From the NCBI GenBank assembly GCA_918797485.1, contig CAKKNE010000005.1, forward strand, positions 992,001 to 1,056,000: 64,000 nt of DNA, written 5' to 3'. Under the pieces are notes generated by a model. It was not told the DNA's origin, did no database searches, and saw only the letters and a program-made list of their open reading frames with translations. The stretch's first letter is position 1; every line of letters starts with the position of its first letter. The position numbers were made by a program, and so were the translations under genes. This DNA is from Pelagomonas calceolata (taxonomy: Eukaryota). Below are positions 22,506-33,060 of the stretch, piece by piece.

Positions 22506-25500
22506 ATGCAGAACGACGTCCGGGTCTACACGCCGCCTAGCGGAAAAGCACCAGACGCCACGCCCACGACGCTGATCAATGAAAGAGACGGCGTAATCGC
22601 TTTGGGTGCCTTAGACGCGACGTTCGCGCGCCACCCGGCCCGCGTGCAGCTGCTGCTGATCGTCGACGCAAAAATTCATGAGGGACGGTTCCGCGACGCC
22701 GTCGAAGTCGCGATCGAAGGCATAGCGCTGGGCCCCGTGCGGATGAATGGCGGCAGCGGCTGCGCGTTGAGTGTTGTCGAGAGCCAAGACGAGGCCCTCT
22801 TCTCCCAAAGACCGCCGTCGCCCCTCCTGTTCACGCGGGAGCCCTGTTCCGCGCCCCTGGCGTGGCGTCTGTCCATTGGACCGACAAAGTCTGCGATCGG
22901 CCTCAGCTTCGACCACGCTTTGTGTGATGTGGGCGGCGCCGTCTTACTACTCAAGCGGGCCTCGCGGGCCTACACTAGTGATCCGCCGCTGGCGCTGAGC
23001 CTCGACCGGAGCTGCCAAAGTAAAGTAGCTGCCTTACGCGCTGACACCCCCGTCGAACGGGTCAAGCCGCGGAAGGGCGGTTGTTTGGTCGTCGACTTCG
23101 CGTCTCATTGTGAAGCGGCGCCCGGCCGGACGCGCCACGCGGTCCTATTCGCGGACCTCGTCGCTGTTTTACGGGAGGCCGGCTGTAAAATAGACACGCT
23201 CTCCTTCGCGCGCGATTGTCGAGGGCGCCAGCTTCCGAGCGACCACTTCGGGAACGCGTCGGTGCTCGTGGAGATGCCCGCTGACTCGCCTTTGATAGAT
23301 TATGTGAATGCGCCAGGCGTCGTCAACTGCCTCGCTTCCGTCCACGTCACGTCGTGGGCGCGCGGCGCCGACGGCACCTACTTTGGTGGAAACGCGGCGA
23401 TGGCCGTGGGCCCTGCCACTCTCAAAGCCGCGGCGGCCTACTGTTCAGCGAGGGGCGGCCAGCCCAATATAACAATTGTGCCGGACGGCGACGGCCTGCA
23501 AGTGCTGCTGGTCGCGCCCACGGACCTCGCGAAGCGCGTGGCCCAGGTCCTTCGGAAGCGGTCGCAACAACGGCCCGTCGTCGTCTTCTTCCGGGGCGTT
23601 GGGGACCTGGGCGACGCGTGGGCGGCGCGGTTGCAGGGCGCCTGGGACGTCGTGCTCCCGGAGCCACCATCTCACGAAGGGTGGTTTCCCCTCTCTTTAC
23701 CCGTGACCGAGGCCGTGGCCGTGCCTGCTGAAGTTATCGACGCCGCCCGACGAGTCGTAGACACGTTTAAAGAAAGGAAGGTCGTGGTGGGCGGCTTCTC
23801 CCAGGGCGGCGCTTTAGCGTTAGCAGTGGCGTCGTCTCATTTGAAAGGTGTGGTGGCCGTGTCCGCCTGGGCTTCTTCAGAAAAGGTCGCGGCTCCCACG
23901 TACTTCTCGGTCGGCACGGCGGACCCGACCGTCTTGTTCGCGGTCGGCAAGGCGTCGGGCCTGCGCCTTCGCGGTGCGACCGTGAAACACGTGCAGCGCG
24001 CGAAGCACGGTCCCACGAACGCTGAACTCGAGGCCGTGCGTTCATTCATTGGAGACTGCCTAACACCAAAAAAAGGGGGCTGCGCGGCCTGCGGTTCATC
24101 AATAAACGACGAGGCGTGTCGCTACCGCTGCGTTCATGAAAATTGCGACGATGTAATTCAATGCGCCGAGTGCTCGACGAAGTGCGCGCGCTGCGACGGT
24201 AATTTACATGAGGACCGGGCATCACCATTAGTATTGCGACGCGAGTTATTCAGGGAGGTGTTGCGTGGAAACAACGAAGACCCCCGTTTGTTACTCGAGC
24301 GCGCCTTTGACGTCTATGCAGCAAGGCCGTTAATAGGTGAGAACAACGAGTGGTGGACCTACGCCCAGTGCGGCCGCGCCGCGAAGGCGCTGGCGTCGAA
24401 GCTGCCGGATGATGGGATTGTATGTATCCACGGCCGCAATTCAAAAGGCTGGCTGATTGCGGACTGGGCCTGCGCCCTAAAACGGGCGCCGTCCCTCGCC
24501 GTCGACGCGTCCGTATCGGTGGAGGAGGCCCACGCCCTCGCGTCTCGTTCTGAAAAATTGACGTGCGCGGTCGTCGACGATCATGAAGCTTGGTGCGCGC
24601 TCGACGGGAACCTGAGCGTGCTGCGCCTCTCTGATGACTCCTCCATCGAAGCACCCTTCACCAAACGGCCTTCGTCGGAACCGGTGACCTGCTTGCTGAC
24701 GCTTGGAAGTACTGGTTCTCCGAAGCCGCTCCGGTTCTCCTCAAATGATTGGGCCGACTGGTGTGGAAGTTCAGTCAAAAGCAAGAGGGAGCGCAACGCC
24801 CTGGAACGGCGCTCGGTGCGCGTGTCGTGTCAGGCCCTCGTCGCGCCTCTCGCACATGGTTTGAGTCGCCGCATGGCGTGGTCAGAAGTGCTGCACGGAG
24901 GCCGGTTAGGTATTGTTGATACGCGAAACGACGTCGTCTCTCAGATCAGAAAGTACGCCCCGACCCACCTAAGCGGGGCGCCGCGCTTCTATTCATTATA
25001 CAGCGGGAAATCTGGAAAATTGTTGGCGGGGCCGCGACTCCGCTTCGTGGCCGTCGGCGGTGCTGCCGTGCCGCGGTCGCTCGTCGCTTCCCTAAAGAAA
25101 CGGTTCCCGGAGGCGGCCGTGAGCGACGGCTACGGCATGTCCGAGGTGCCCGGCGGCATCGCGCGGGACGGCAAGGTTTTATCCGGCGTCACCGTGAAAA
25201 TAAGTGAAGACGGCGAGATTCTGGTGAAGACGGCGCGGGGGCGCATCCGAAACGTGGAGGAGGGTCAGTGGTTTCACACGGGCGACTTAGGACGATTTAT
25301 CGACGGGCGGTTGGAGGTGCTCGACCGCAAGGCTGATTCTGTGAAACTCGAGAACGGCGAGTGGCTCGCGCCGCAACGAGTGGAGCACGCGTTGGAGAGT
25401 TGTGATTCCGTCAAAGCTTGTGTCGTGATCGCGCGCGCGGGCTGGGCGGCGCCCGTCGCCGTCGTCGTCACGGAGGCGTCTCTCGAAGAAGTGAAGGAGG

Positions 25501-26807
25501 AGGCGCGAGGTTGTGTGTTGGCGCCCTGGGAGGTGCCCCGCTTTATTTTGAGGCGCGACCCTTTCGATGAGAAGGAATGCAGCGCGCACGGGAAGATAAG
25601 GAGGCACGTCGTCGCCGCAACCCACGGCCTCGTCGAAAACTGGGGGTCGTCGCTCGTCGAGCGCGCTTTGAAATTCCTGGCCGCGCCCTACGCGCCGGCC
25701 TTCGGCGAAGGTGAGGGCTGGTGGGCGGCCGCGGGCGGCGACTCGGTCGCCGCCGCGCGGCTGGCCGGGACCTGGACGGGCTCTTCAATATCCGCCGGCG
25801 ACGTCTTAAGATTGGCGCCGCGCGACCTCCACCGCAAGGCGCATGGTGTTTGTGAGGACCAGAAGGTTGATTGGGCCCGCGAGTGCGCGACGACACCACA
25901 CTCAGTCACAATGTTGCCGCGGCGATGCGCCGTGCTCCTGACGGGCGCCACGGGCCTGCTCGGGCCGCACTTACTGAGGGAGCTCGAAGATCGGGACCTC
26001 TGGGTGTTGTGCCGGCCGCCGGCGGCGCGACTCAGCACGACCGCGATCGTGTTGGAGGCGGACCTCGCGCGCGAAGACCTGGGCCTGTCGGACGATGATT
26101 TGAAAAGGTTGCGGGCGGCGGGCATCTCCGTGATCGTCCACAGCGCCGCGTGCGTCGATGCGCAAAAGACCTACGACGAGTTGAGAGACGTGAATGTCGA
26201 GTCCCTCGAACGGCTCGTCCATGCGTGCGCGTCGTCGCCGAGCGTGGTGCTGGTCTCGACGCTCTCGGTCGTTCCCAAACGGGCAGAAGGCTGGGACGGG
26301 GTTGGTCTCGTGCCGCCGGCCTGTGCTGAAGCTCTAGAAACGGGCTACGCGCGGTCGAAGCTGGTGGCGGAGCACCGCTTGAGTGCTTTGCGCGTCGGCG
26401 GCGCCGTCGCGCGGCTCGGGCTGCTGGACGGGCCCGGGAACTGGCTCGAGCTCACGTTGGCCGCTTGTGCGGCTATCGGCGCGGCGCCGGAGGGGTTGCC
26501 TCCTTTTGTTGGTGTGCTTGCGCCGCAGGTCGCCGCCTCGCGTTTGGTCCGATTGGTGGACGAGGCGTCGTCCGACATCCTATTTGTTGACGTCGACGCG
26601 ACGGCCTGCGGCGTCGCGCCGGTCTCTGTTTCTGATCGGGTTGCGGAGCTCGAGCGGCTCCCCTACGAGGCGTGGCGGCGGAAATGCGCCGAGGCCGGGG
26701 GCGTCGCGGGCGCGCGCGCCGTCGCGGCGCTGCCTCCTTCCGGGGGCTTTCCTTCCGGGGCGCGGCGGCGGTTGCGGGAGATTCGATCCTCCCTTGTTGT
26801 TGAGTGA
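22506..26807 (+). CDS. Multidomain NRPS-like/carboxylic acid reductase: BAHD-like transferase - alpha/beta hydrolase - Zn finger - A - T - R
   Basis: SFDHALCD (HxxxD); GGFSQGG with later D and H residues; CxxC..CxxxxC..CxxC; TLGSTGSPK, GYGMSE, WFHTGDLG, GKIRR; GGDS; LLTGATGLLG and GYARSK. Confidence 0.85.
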   Translation: MQNDVRVYTPPSGKAPDATPTTLINERDGVIALGALDATFARHPARVQLLLIVDAKIHEGRFRDAVEVAIEGIALGPVRMNGGSGCALSVVESQDEALFSQRPPSPLLFTREPCSAPLAWRLSIGPTKSAIGLSFDHALCDVGGAVLLLKRASRAYTSDPPLALSLDRSCQSKVAALRADTPVERVKPRKGGCLVVDFASHCEAAPGRTRHAVLFADLVAVLREAGCKIDTLSFARDCRGRQLPSDHFGNASVLVEMPADSPLIDYVNAPGVVNCLASVHVTSWARGADGTYFGGNAAMAVGPATLKAAAAYCSARGGQPNITIVPDGDGLQVLLVAPTDLAKRVAQVLRKRSQQRPVVVFFRGVGDLGDAWAARLQGAWDVVLPEPPSHEGWFPLSLPVTEAVAVPAEVIDAARRVVDTFKERKVVVGGFSQGGALALAVASSHLKGVVAVSAWASSEKVAAPTYFSVGTADPTVLFAVGKASGLRLRGATVKHVQRAKHGPTNAELEAVRSFIGDCLTPKKGGCAACGSSINDEACRYRCVHENCDDVIQCAECSTKCARCDGNLHEDRASPLVLRRELFREVLRGNNEDPRLLLERAFDVYAARPLIGENNEWWTYAQCGRAAKALASKLPDDGIVCIHGRNSKGWLIADWACALKRAPSLAVDASVSVEEAHALASRSEKLTCAVVDDHEAWCALDGNLSVLRLSDDSSIEAPFTKRPSSEPVTCLLTLGSTGSPKPLRFSSNDWADWCGSSVKSKRERNALERRSVRVSCQALVAPLAHGLSRRMAWSEVLHGGRLGIVDTRNDVVSQIRKYAPTHLSGAPRFYSLYSGKSGKLLAGPRLRFVAVGGAAVPRSLVASLKKRFPEAAVSDGYGMSEVPGGIARDGKVLSGVTVKISEDGEILVKTARGRIRNVEEGQWFHTGDLGRFIDGRLEVLDRKADSVKLENGEWLAPQRVEHALESCDSVKACVVIARAGWAAPVAVVVTEASLEEVKEEARGCVLAPWEVPRFILRRDPFDEKECSAHGKIRRHVVAATHGLVENWGSSLVERALKFLAAPYAPAFGEGEGWWAAAGGDSVAAARLAGTWTGSSISAGDVLRLAPRDLHRKAHGVCEDQKVDWARECATTPHSVTMLPRRCAVLLTGATGLLGPHLLRELEDRDLWVLCRPPAARLSTTAIVLEADLAREDLGLSDDDLKRLRAAGISVIVHSAACVDAQKTYDELRDVNVESLERLVHACASSPSVVLVSTLSVVPKRAEGWDGVGLVPPACAEALETGYARSKLVAEHRLSALRVGGAVARLGLLDGPGNWLELTLAACAAIGAAPEGLPPFVGVLAPQVAASRLVRLVDEASSDILFVDVDATACGVAPVSVSDRVAELERLPYEAWRRKCAEAGGVAGARAVAALPPSGGFPSGARRRLREIRSSLVVE

Positions 26808-26851
26808 CTCGTTGTAATCTCCTTTGAGTGTCTAGAAAATAAGACGAATTG

Positions 26852-26872
26852 CTAGTATCTTACTGCCGCTAC
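26852..26872 (-). promoter_or_regulatory. CTAG-bounded upstream motif (variant)
   Basis: CTAGTATCTTACTGCCGCTAC. Confidence 0.6.
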
Positions 26873-27007
26873 CTAAATCACGCGCATCAGGTTTTGTGAC
26901 ACGAACGACTCGCATAACTGGCGCTGTGTGCGGCAGCGCATTTGTGCGTGCATGCGAAAGAGTCTTGCGCTGCAAAACGACGACGCGCAGCGATTTGGCA
27001 CACATTG

Positions 27008-29071
27008 ATGTGGAGGGTGTTGCTGCTGGCAACTGCAAGCGCCTTAAGGGTGCAGCCACGGCGTCGCATACATAGCCTGAGAATGGCTGCTGCTGCCGCA
27101 TCAGTGATCGTCGAGACGGATGCCACGGACAGCGTCAAAATTACCATCGGCGCCCGCACGCTGCAGCGAACGGCTGGAGAACCGCTGCAGAAAGCTTTGG
27201 GCCGTCTCGCGCCGAAGAAGCCTAAGAAAGGCAAGAAAGCAGCGCCTGCGCCGCCGGCCCCGCCGGCGCGATTGCTGGATGCCACCGACAGCGAAGTCGA
27301 CGTGGCGACGCCTCTGCTAGATGCGCTGACGCGCGGACGATGGCTCGAGCTCGAGGGCGCGCGCATTCCTGTCGCCCTTAATCCTCCGACAGTCGTGGCC
27401 GTCGAGTGCTACGGCGAACCGACGGCCGGCTCGCCGCTGATGCCCCTCGCGGAGCTGAAGCGTGCCGAAGCAGACGACGTGTGCTATTGCTACTCGCTGG
27501 ACGGCGAGGCATGCGGCACCGGGGCTGCCTTCACGCCGGATGACGAAGCAGTCGGTCGCACGCTCACGGTCGAAGCGTCGGTCGGCGACTCCTGCGTCAC
27601 GCGCGACCTCGGCAAAGTGGCGCCGCGGTGGCGGAGGCCGGAACACGACGCCCGCGTGGCGGCGATCGGCGCTCCGGCCGGGATCCGTGTTGCGACGTAC
27701 AACGTGCTCGCCGACGCCTACCGCCACACCTGGGACGCCGGCATTCACACGCACTGCGAGCCACGGTACACGGCGGCCTCCCGGCGCATCCCTATGGCCA
27801 TTGACGAGGTATTATCGTATGCGCCGTCGATCGTCGCGCTGCAGGAGGTCGACCCGCGCTGGTGGGAGCGCCTGTGGCTCCCGAGGCTCCGGGCTGAAGG
27901 ATACGACGCCGCTCTCGTTTTGAAGAGCGGTGCGGCGCAGGAGGGCGAAGCTATTGCCTGGCGGCGTGGCGCGTGGACTCCCGTCGAGAGCCGCGAGATC
28001 GCGTTGTCCATCGGCCGCGCCGACGCCGCGGAACGGGAAATTGCACCGCCGTCAGCTATTGCCGAGTTCCTGGCCGCCCACCCGTCTGCCGCGGAAGCGA
28101 TGCGACGCATCGGCACCGTCGCGCAGCTCGTCGTGCTCGAAGATAAAGATGGCCGCCGCCTGTGCGTCGCGAACACGCACTTGTTTTTCGCGGGGCGCGC
28201 GACGCACGTTCGCACGATCCAAGCCGCGTTGATAATCGAGGAGGCGTCCAAACTTTGCGACGCGACGGGGGCTAGTCTGGTCGTCGTCGGAGACTTGAAT
28301 GCGGAAAATCATGATGCGGCCTTGCGGTACTTGCTCGACGGCGGCGTCGCGGCGGACGATCCTGATTGGTATACTGGTAGCACCTTCTCCTGGGGCTACG
28401 CGTCGTCGCGCAGGGCGCGCGCGAGGGCCGTCGACGCCTTCGCCGCGGCCGACGGAGACCTGGACGCCGCGCTCGACGCCATGGACGCGGCGCAGAGCGG
28501 CGACCTCGCGGCCGAGCGGCGCACGCGCGCCGCCGCGAGCCTCCGGCTCGTGTCTCGCGAGCCGCCGAGTGGCGACGTCGAGGAGCTGGTCGCCGCGCTG
28601 GCCGCGGGCGAGACGTACAAGACGAACCCTCTCGTCGCGCTGTTTCAAATGCGCGCAGACTGCGGCCTGCGGCGCGGCGGCCTCTCGCTCGTTGATGGGG
28701 AACTCGATGCCGCAGCGACAGCTGTGGAGTCGCTCCGCGCCCGCGCCGAGAGCGCCGCGGCGGCGGGGCGGGTCGCGCAGACGGCGCTCGTCAAAGCCGC
28801 GGAGGGCGACGACGTTGTCGGCATCGGCATGCGGCTCGCGCACTCGCGCAAGCTGGCGTCGGCGTACCCGCGGACGGAGCCCTACACGAACCTCGCGGGC
28901 AACGACTTTGTTGCCACGCTGGACTGGATCCTCCACGAGGACGCGTTGCGGACGCGGGCCGTGGCGCCTATTCCGGACCTGGACGCGGTGCGCGCGGCGT
29001 ATTTCGCGCTGCCCTCGGAGTCGTTCCCGTCGGACCACGTGTGTCTTGTGGCGGATTTGGAGTGGTCTTAA
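27008..29071 (+). CDS. PDE12/CCR4-family EEP phosphodiesterase, organelle-targeted
   Basis: RVATYNVLADAY, LQEVD, ANTHLFF, GDLN, TLDWI, FPSDH. Confidence 0.88.
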   Translation: MWRVLLLATASALRVQPRRRIHSLRMAAAAASVIVETDATDSVKITIGARTLQRTAGEPLQKALGRLAPKKPKKGKKAAPAPPAPPARLLDATDSEVDVATPLLDALTRGRWLELEGARIPVALNPPTVVAVECYGEPTAGSPLMPLAELKRAEADDVCYCYSLDGEACGTGAAFTPDDEAVGRTLTVEASVGDSCVTRDLGKVAPRWRRPEHDARVAAIGAPAGIRVATYNVLADAYRHTWDAGIHTHCEPRYTAASRRIPMAIDEVLSYAPSIVALQEVDPRWWERLWLPRLRAEGYDAALVLKSGAAQEGEAIAWRRGAWTPVESREIALSIGRADAAEREIAPPSAIAEFLAAHPSAAEAMRRIGTVAQLVVLEDKDGRRLCVANTHLFFAGRATHVRTIQAALIIEEASKLCDATGASLVVVGDLNAENHDAALRYLLDGGVAADDPDWYTGSTFSWGYASSRRARARAVDAFAAADGDLDAALDAMDAAQSGDLAAERRTRAAASLRLVSREPPSGDVEELVAALAAGETYKTNPLVALFQMRADCGLRRGGLSLVDGELDAAATAVESLRARAESAAAAGRVAQTALVKAAEGDDVVGIGMRLAHSRKLASAYPRTEPYTNLAGNDFVATLDWILHEDALRTRAVAPIPDLDAVRAAYFALPSESFPSDHVCLVADLEWS

Positions 29072-29157
29072 AATGTCTGTTGTCTCTAGCTCGAAAACCC
29101 CGTTTTTATCACTGCGCAACCACGGGCGCTGCTTCAGGGCTCCCCGGAAATCGTGGA

Positions 29158-29177
29158 CTAGCGTCCTAAGACACTAG
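29158..29177 (+). promoter_or_regulatory. CTAG-bounded upstream motif
   Basis: CTAGCGTCCTAAGACACTAG. Confidence 0.7.
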
Positions 29178-29366
29178 CAAGCAAGCACGACAAAAACGCC
29201 GCGCTCGCGCGTCGCGGCGACGATCCTGAACTGGGTGTCCAGACTCTTATATCCCGGTGTCGTCCAGCCCGCCTCTGGCGCCAGAGGGTCGCCAGATATT
29301 TGAATTTACACTGAGAGCACCTCTCCCTGATTTGACCTGTCTACGGCAGCGCCGCGCGACGAGGGG

Positions 29367-30770
29367 ATGCAGGACTCTCCTCTGCGGCATGAGCCGCACG
29401 CCTGGCTCCTACAAGCGCTTGCGGAGAGCCATAGCACAAACGGCGCCGACGAAATCACGCCCGGGCGGCCCGGCCTTTCGAGGGAAGCGGTGGCGCCGCC
29501 GAAGCCGCCTGACAAGCTCGTGGTCGCGAGAAAGCCCCAACCTATGCGGAAGAATGAGCCTGAAATGCGTGTCGTGGTGCATCCCGCGGACTTCGAGGCC
29601 TACCATGCGGGTGGCGACGGCCGGCTCTACCTGCGGCTGAGCGACGGCGCCGCCGCCGCCGCGGACGAGTCAAGCGGCTGGGTTTACCAGGTCGTCGCGG
29701 ACGCTGGTATCGAGGCCGGCTCCGTCGGCATGAGTAGACGCACGCGCGAGGACACGGGATTATTCGGTATCGGCACCGCGCCCACCGTGCGGCCCTGGCA
29801 GCCGTCGCCAGATCACGCCCTCGCGACGCTGCATTTTTCCTGCGCCCCGGCGCCGGAGCATCTTCCCGCGGACGACGACAGGTGGTTCGTCGACAAGCGA
29901 ACTCTGCGCGAGTTCCTCCTCAAGAGCTTCGCGGGCGTTGTCGTGAACAAAGGCCACCGGGAGACCTTGGTTTACACTCAGCCGAATATGACGATAGTGC
30001 TCACAGTCGACAAACTCGAGGTGGCGGGCGCTCGCGGAGAGAGCGTCTGCTTCGGCCAGATCGTCGCGACCACCTCCATCGAGATCGAGAAGGCGGCCGG
30101 GGCGGGCGCCAATTTCTTGGTGATGGAACATAATCGCATCCAGAAGGTCATTTTCAAGGTGCTGTATTACGTCTTGTGGCCACTGTTCTGGCTTGAGGAC
30201 GCGCTCAAGAGGCTCGCCGCAGCAAACGCAGGAGGCGCAGAGGCCGCGCCCGCCGCCGCGGCCGGAGATGGCGACGCCGCGGCCGCCGCAGGAGGCGGCG
30301 CGGCGGCCCCGGTCCAGCCCGGTGGTTTCGTTGTTGGTATGGTGGTTGGCGTGCTTGGCGTGTTACTGATTTTTACCCTCGCTCTCGCGGCTATCGATAT
30401 GGCGCGGTACCTGTGGGCGCGGGTCGTCGGCATCGGCTTCCTATCGCCCGTCTTCGCGTTGATTCGCTCCGGTCTCGTTGCCTTCGCCGGCTCCATGCCG
30501 GTCAAAATCTTCCTATGCGTGCTCTACGCGTACGGCTCGCCGCAACTAGATCCTCGTCATCCGAAGCATGCGGAACTGGTCGCGAAGTTATCCAAAAATG
30601 ACAAGACGGCGGCGCAGAGCCATATGACCGAAAGCACCTTGATCATCGACCAGGGGTTCATCCTGGCAAATTCCTTCGTCGACATATTGTTCACGCTGGT
30701 CGCGGTGACGGTCGTCATGAAGGTCTGCAAGTACCTCACGCCGGAGCCGGCCTGGTGGATGTTCGTATAG
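29367..30770 (+). CDS. NSF/CDC48 N-domain protein with C-terminal transmembrane segments (start uncertain)
   Basis: VVHPADF...IEAGSVGMSRRTRE...LREFLLKSFAGVVVNKG...FGQIVATTSIEIEKA resembles the NSF N-domain. Several hydrophobic helices follow and no Walker A motif is present. Confidence 0.6.
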   Translation: MQDSPLRHEPHAWLLQALAESHSTNGADEITPGRPGLSREAVAPPKPPDKLVVARKPQPMRKNEPEMRVVVHPADFEAYHAGGDGRLYLRLSDGAAAAADESSGWVYQVVADAGIEAGSVGMSRRTREDTGLFGIGTAPTVRPWQPSPDHALATLHFSCAPAPEHLPADDDRWFVDKRTLREFLLKSFAGVVVNKGHRETLVYTQPNMTIVLTVDKLEVAGARGESVCFGQIVATTSIEIEKAAGAGANFLVMEHNRIQKVIFKVLYYVLWPLFWLEDALKRLAAANAGGAEAAPAAAAGDGDAAAAAGGGAAAPVQPGGFVVGMVVGVLGVLLIFTLALAAIDMARYLWARVVGIGFLSPVFALIRSGLVAFAGSMPVKIFLCVLYAYGSPQLDPRHPKHAELVAKLSKNDKTAAQSHMTESTLIIDQGFILANSFVDILFTLVAVTVVMKVCKYLTPEPAWWMFV

Positions 30771-30791
30771 CTAATACTAGAAGTAAGTTAG

Positions 30792-32489
30792 TCAGTCCTC
30801 GTAGGACATCTCGTCCTCGTCCTCCCACGGTCTATTAGGATCGTACGGCCGGCCAAACCTGCCACCACCAATGGATAGGGTGGAGTTCTGGTTGCCGTAG
30901 TCCGAGGGACCCGGTTCGGTGGCGGCCACTTTCAAGGTAGTTTCGAAGTTCGGGTCGAACTTCGAGACCGTCGAGGCCATGGACCCCCATCCCAGAAACT
31001 CCGTCTTGAACCCTCCGACCTCGTAGGTGCCCGGGCCGGGGTTGTCGTTGGGCACGTTCAGCGGCGGGCGCAGCGACGAGCTTCCCAGAGGTGGTCGGGT
31101 ACCTCTACCAATGGAGCGAGACCCGGCATCTAAATCGGGCACGTCGTACTCGCCCGGTCCGGGCATGCCATTCGGCCAGACCTTACGAGCTAATGTAGAA
31201 CCGAACTTCGGCATCATGTTGCACTCTTTGAGACACGTACTGGGTAGGTTGTACGTGCCCGGGCCCGGGACACCATTGAGATTGGTGAGAATGTCGACGC
31301 GCTTCCCGGCCTGGAACTGCCCTCCTAAAGATTCATCCCCAAATCCGGGTAGGTCGTATTCGCCGGGTGCCGGTGTGCTTCTCCCGTGTCTCTCGGCGAT
31401 GTGCACGAAGCTATTCGCGTCGAACTGGCCCTCAGGCGGTAGATTGCCAAAGGAAGCAGAGGGGTCGTGGAAGAGGCGCTGGGGCGAGTAGTCCCAGGGG
31501 GCCGGTTTCCTCGAACCTTCCAGAATCGTTCGCTCCAGCGCGGTCATGGGCCTCGTCTTCGGTATGGTGAAGGTACGATCCGTAGCTTCGAGGTAGGACA
31601 TCGATCCTCTCGCATCATAATCAGAGGGTCCTGGTTTTCTGCTACCTTCCAGAATAGTTCTTTCCAGAGCCGTCATCGGCCTGCTATTCGGTATCGTCAC
31701 GGTCCTATCGGTGGCTTCCACATAATCCATGGCCTTCTGCGCTTCATAATGACCAGGCCCGGGCTCGTCGGGGTACCCTAACAACTGTATGGTATCTCGA
31801 GCACCCTGCACGAGCTTGCCACCCGGCGTCGATGGGAGTCTAGGAGAATACCAGCCCGGCCCGGGCTCGACACCATCGTCTCCATCAACGCGAGGCACCC
31901 TCGACAGATTGGGCACGGGGCCCATCCTTCCCCCAGGAGTGTAGGGCCGCTCGAACAATCCGGGATAAGCCCCAGGCCCCGGAACGTCATTATCTAAAGC
32001 CATGGACTTGCGGCCGGTCTGCGGGAAGCTCACCGGTTTATCTAGGTCGAGTCCGGGGTTGATCAGATGCGTTTCATACGCACCCGGTCCTGGTGGCACC
32101 ACAGGAGGCTTCAGCGAGACCGTAGATGACAAATTCAAACGCCCCATGACGGGAACCCGCACCCTCGCAATAGTAGAGTCCTCGCGCACGTGATAGTGGT
32201 TGGGACCTGGTTTCCGCTTCTCCTCCCGGATCAACAGATCGAGATCGGACGGCGCACTCCCCGAAAAGTACGTCCGCTTCCGCCGCTTCTTCTTGCACCC
32301 GTTCGCGATGAGCTTGGACATGACGCGCTCCTGCATGTCGCGCGTGATCGGTTTTTTTTTATCCCAGGGGAACATCACGTTTTGTTGTTTTCTCTTGGAG
32401 TAGGGGCTCGGGTTCCGCCCATCATCAAAAGCTTTCGGTAGTTGGAGAAGGGGCACCTGGCGGGGGTCGCGCATGTCCCGGACTCCCAT
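30792..32489 (-). CDS. SHIPPO-repeat (ODF3-like) axonemal protein
   Basis: About 12 PGPGxY/PGPSDY repeats. Confidence 0.85.
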   Translation of the reverse strand: MGVRDMRDPRQVPLLQLPKAFDDGRNPSPYSKRKQQNVMFPWDKKKPITRDMQERVMSKLIANGCKKKRRKRTYFSGSAPSDLDLLIREEKRKPGPNHYHVREDSTIARVRVPVMGRLNLSSTVSLKPPVVPPGPGAYETHLINPGLDLDKPVSFPQTGRKSMALDNDVPGPGAYPGLFERPYTPGGRMGPVPNLSRVPRVDGDDGVEPGPGWYSPRLPSTPGGKLVQGARDTIQLLGYPDEPGPGHYEAQKAMDYVEATDRTVTIPNSRPMTALERTILEGSRKPGPSDYDARGSMSYLEATDRTFTIPKTRPMTALERTILEGSRKPAPWDYSPQRLFHDPSASFGNLPPEGQFDANSFVHIAERHGRSTPAPGEYDLPGFGDESLGGQFQAGKRVDILTNLNGVPGPGTYNLPSTCLKECNMMPKFGSTLARKVWPNGMPGPGEYDVPDLDAGSRSIGRGTRPPLGSSSLRPPLNVPNDNPGPGTYEVGGFKTEFLGWGSMASTVSKFDPNFETTLKVAATEPGPSDYGNQNSTLSIGGGRFGRPYDPNRPWEDEDEMSYED

Positions 32490-32742
32490 TGTGGCTGCCC
32501 CTGGCTGTCTTTGCCCGGTCCTCGTGTGCGGTTGTGCGAGCAGCCTGCGGCGGCTGGCGTCCTCGGTCGACTGGCGCCGTGCGTCCCGGTCCGCGTGCGA
32601 CGGGGGCCAATTGATATTGATGGCGCTGAGGCTGCTCTCCCGGCCGGCGGTTTTTGCATGTGGCGACCTCCGTGCGCCACTCTTCCGAGGCGTGGAGTTG
32701 CGGCCCCGAGGAGTCGTCCGGGCCGCGATGCGATCGCCAAAA

Positions 32743-32763
32743 CTAGCGGCCGTAAGACACTAG
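32743..32763 (+). promoter_or_regulatory. CTAG-bounded upstream motif
   Basis: CTAGCGGCCGTAAGACACTAG, between divergent genes. Confidence 0.7.
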
Positions 32764-33060
32764 CCAGCTGGGCTTTTGCACTTTAGACTTGGCTGGCAGC
32801 ACACGCGTGTGTAGACGCTTTCGAGGGCGTTAGCATTCGTGCGTTAAAGTTGGCAAGAGGCTGCGGCGGCTCGCTGTCGCGCTAAACCACGAGCCAGCTT
32901 TGCAGCCTACCTAGCTCTCACTGGCATTGCTCACGGTCGCGCACGCGGTCGCGCGGCGCAGCACCCGCGCGAGGGACGCGAACAACTAAAACAGCGCGAA
33001 TATATACACAGCGCGACGACGCCGCATCTATAGACAGCGCAAAAACATAGACGCGTAACC

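Noticed and set aside
21449..29071. Biosynthetic gene cluster around the NRPS-like gene
   Set aside because: Neighbours (PDE12-like, hypothetical proteins) show no tailoring or transport functions.
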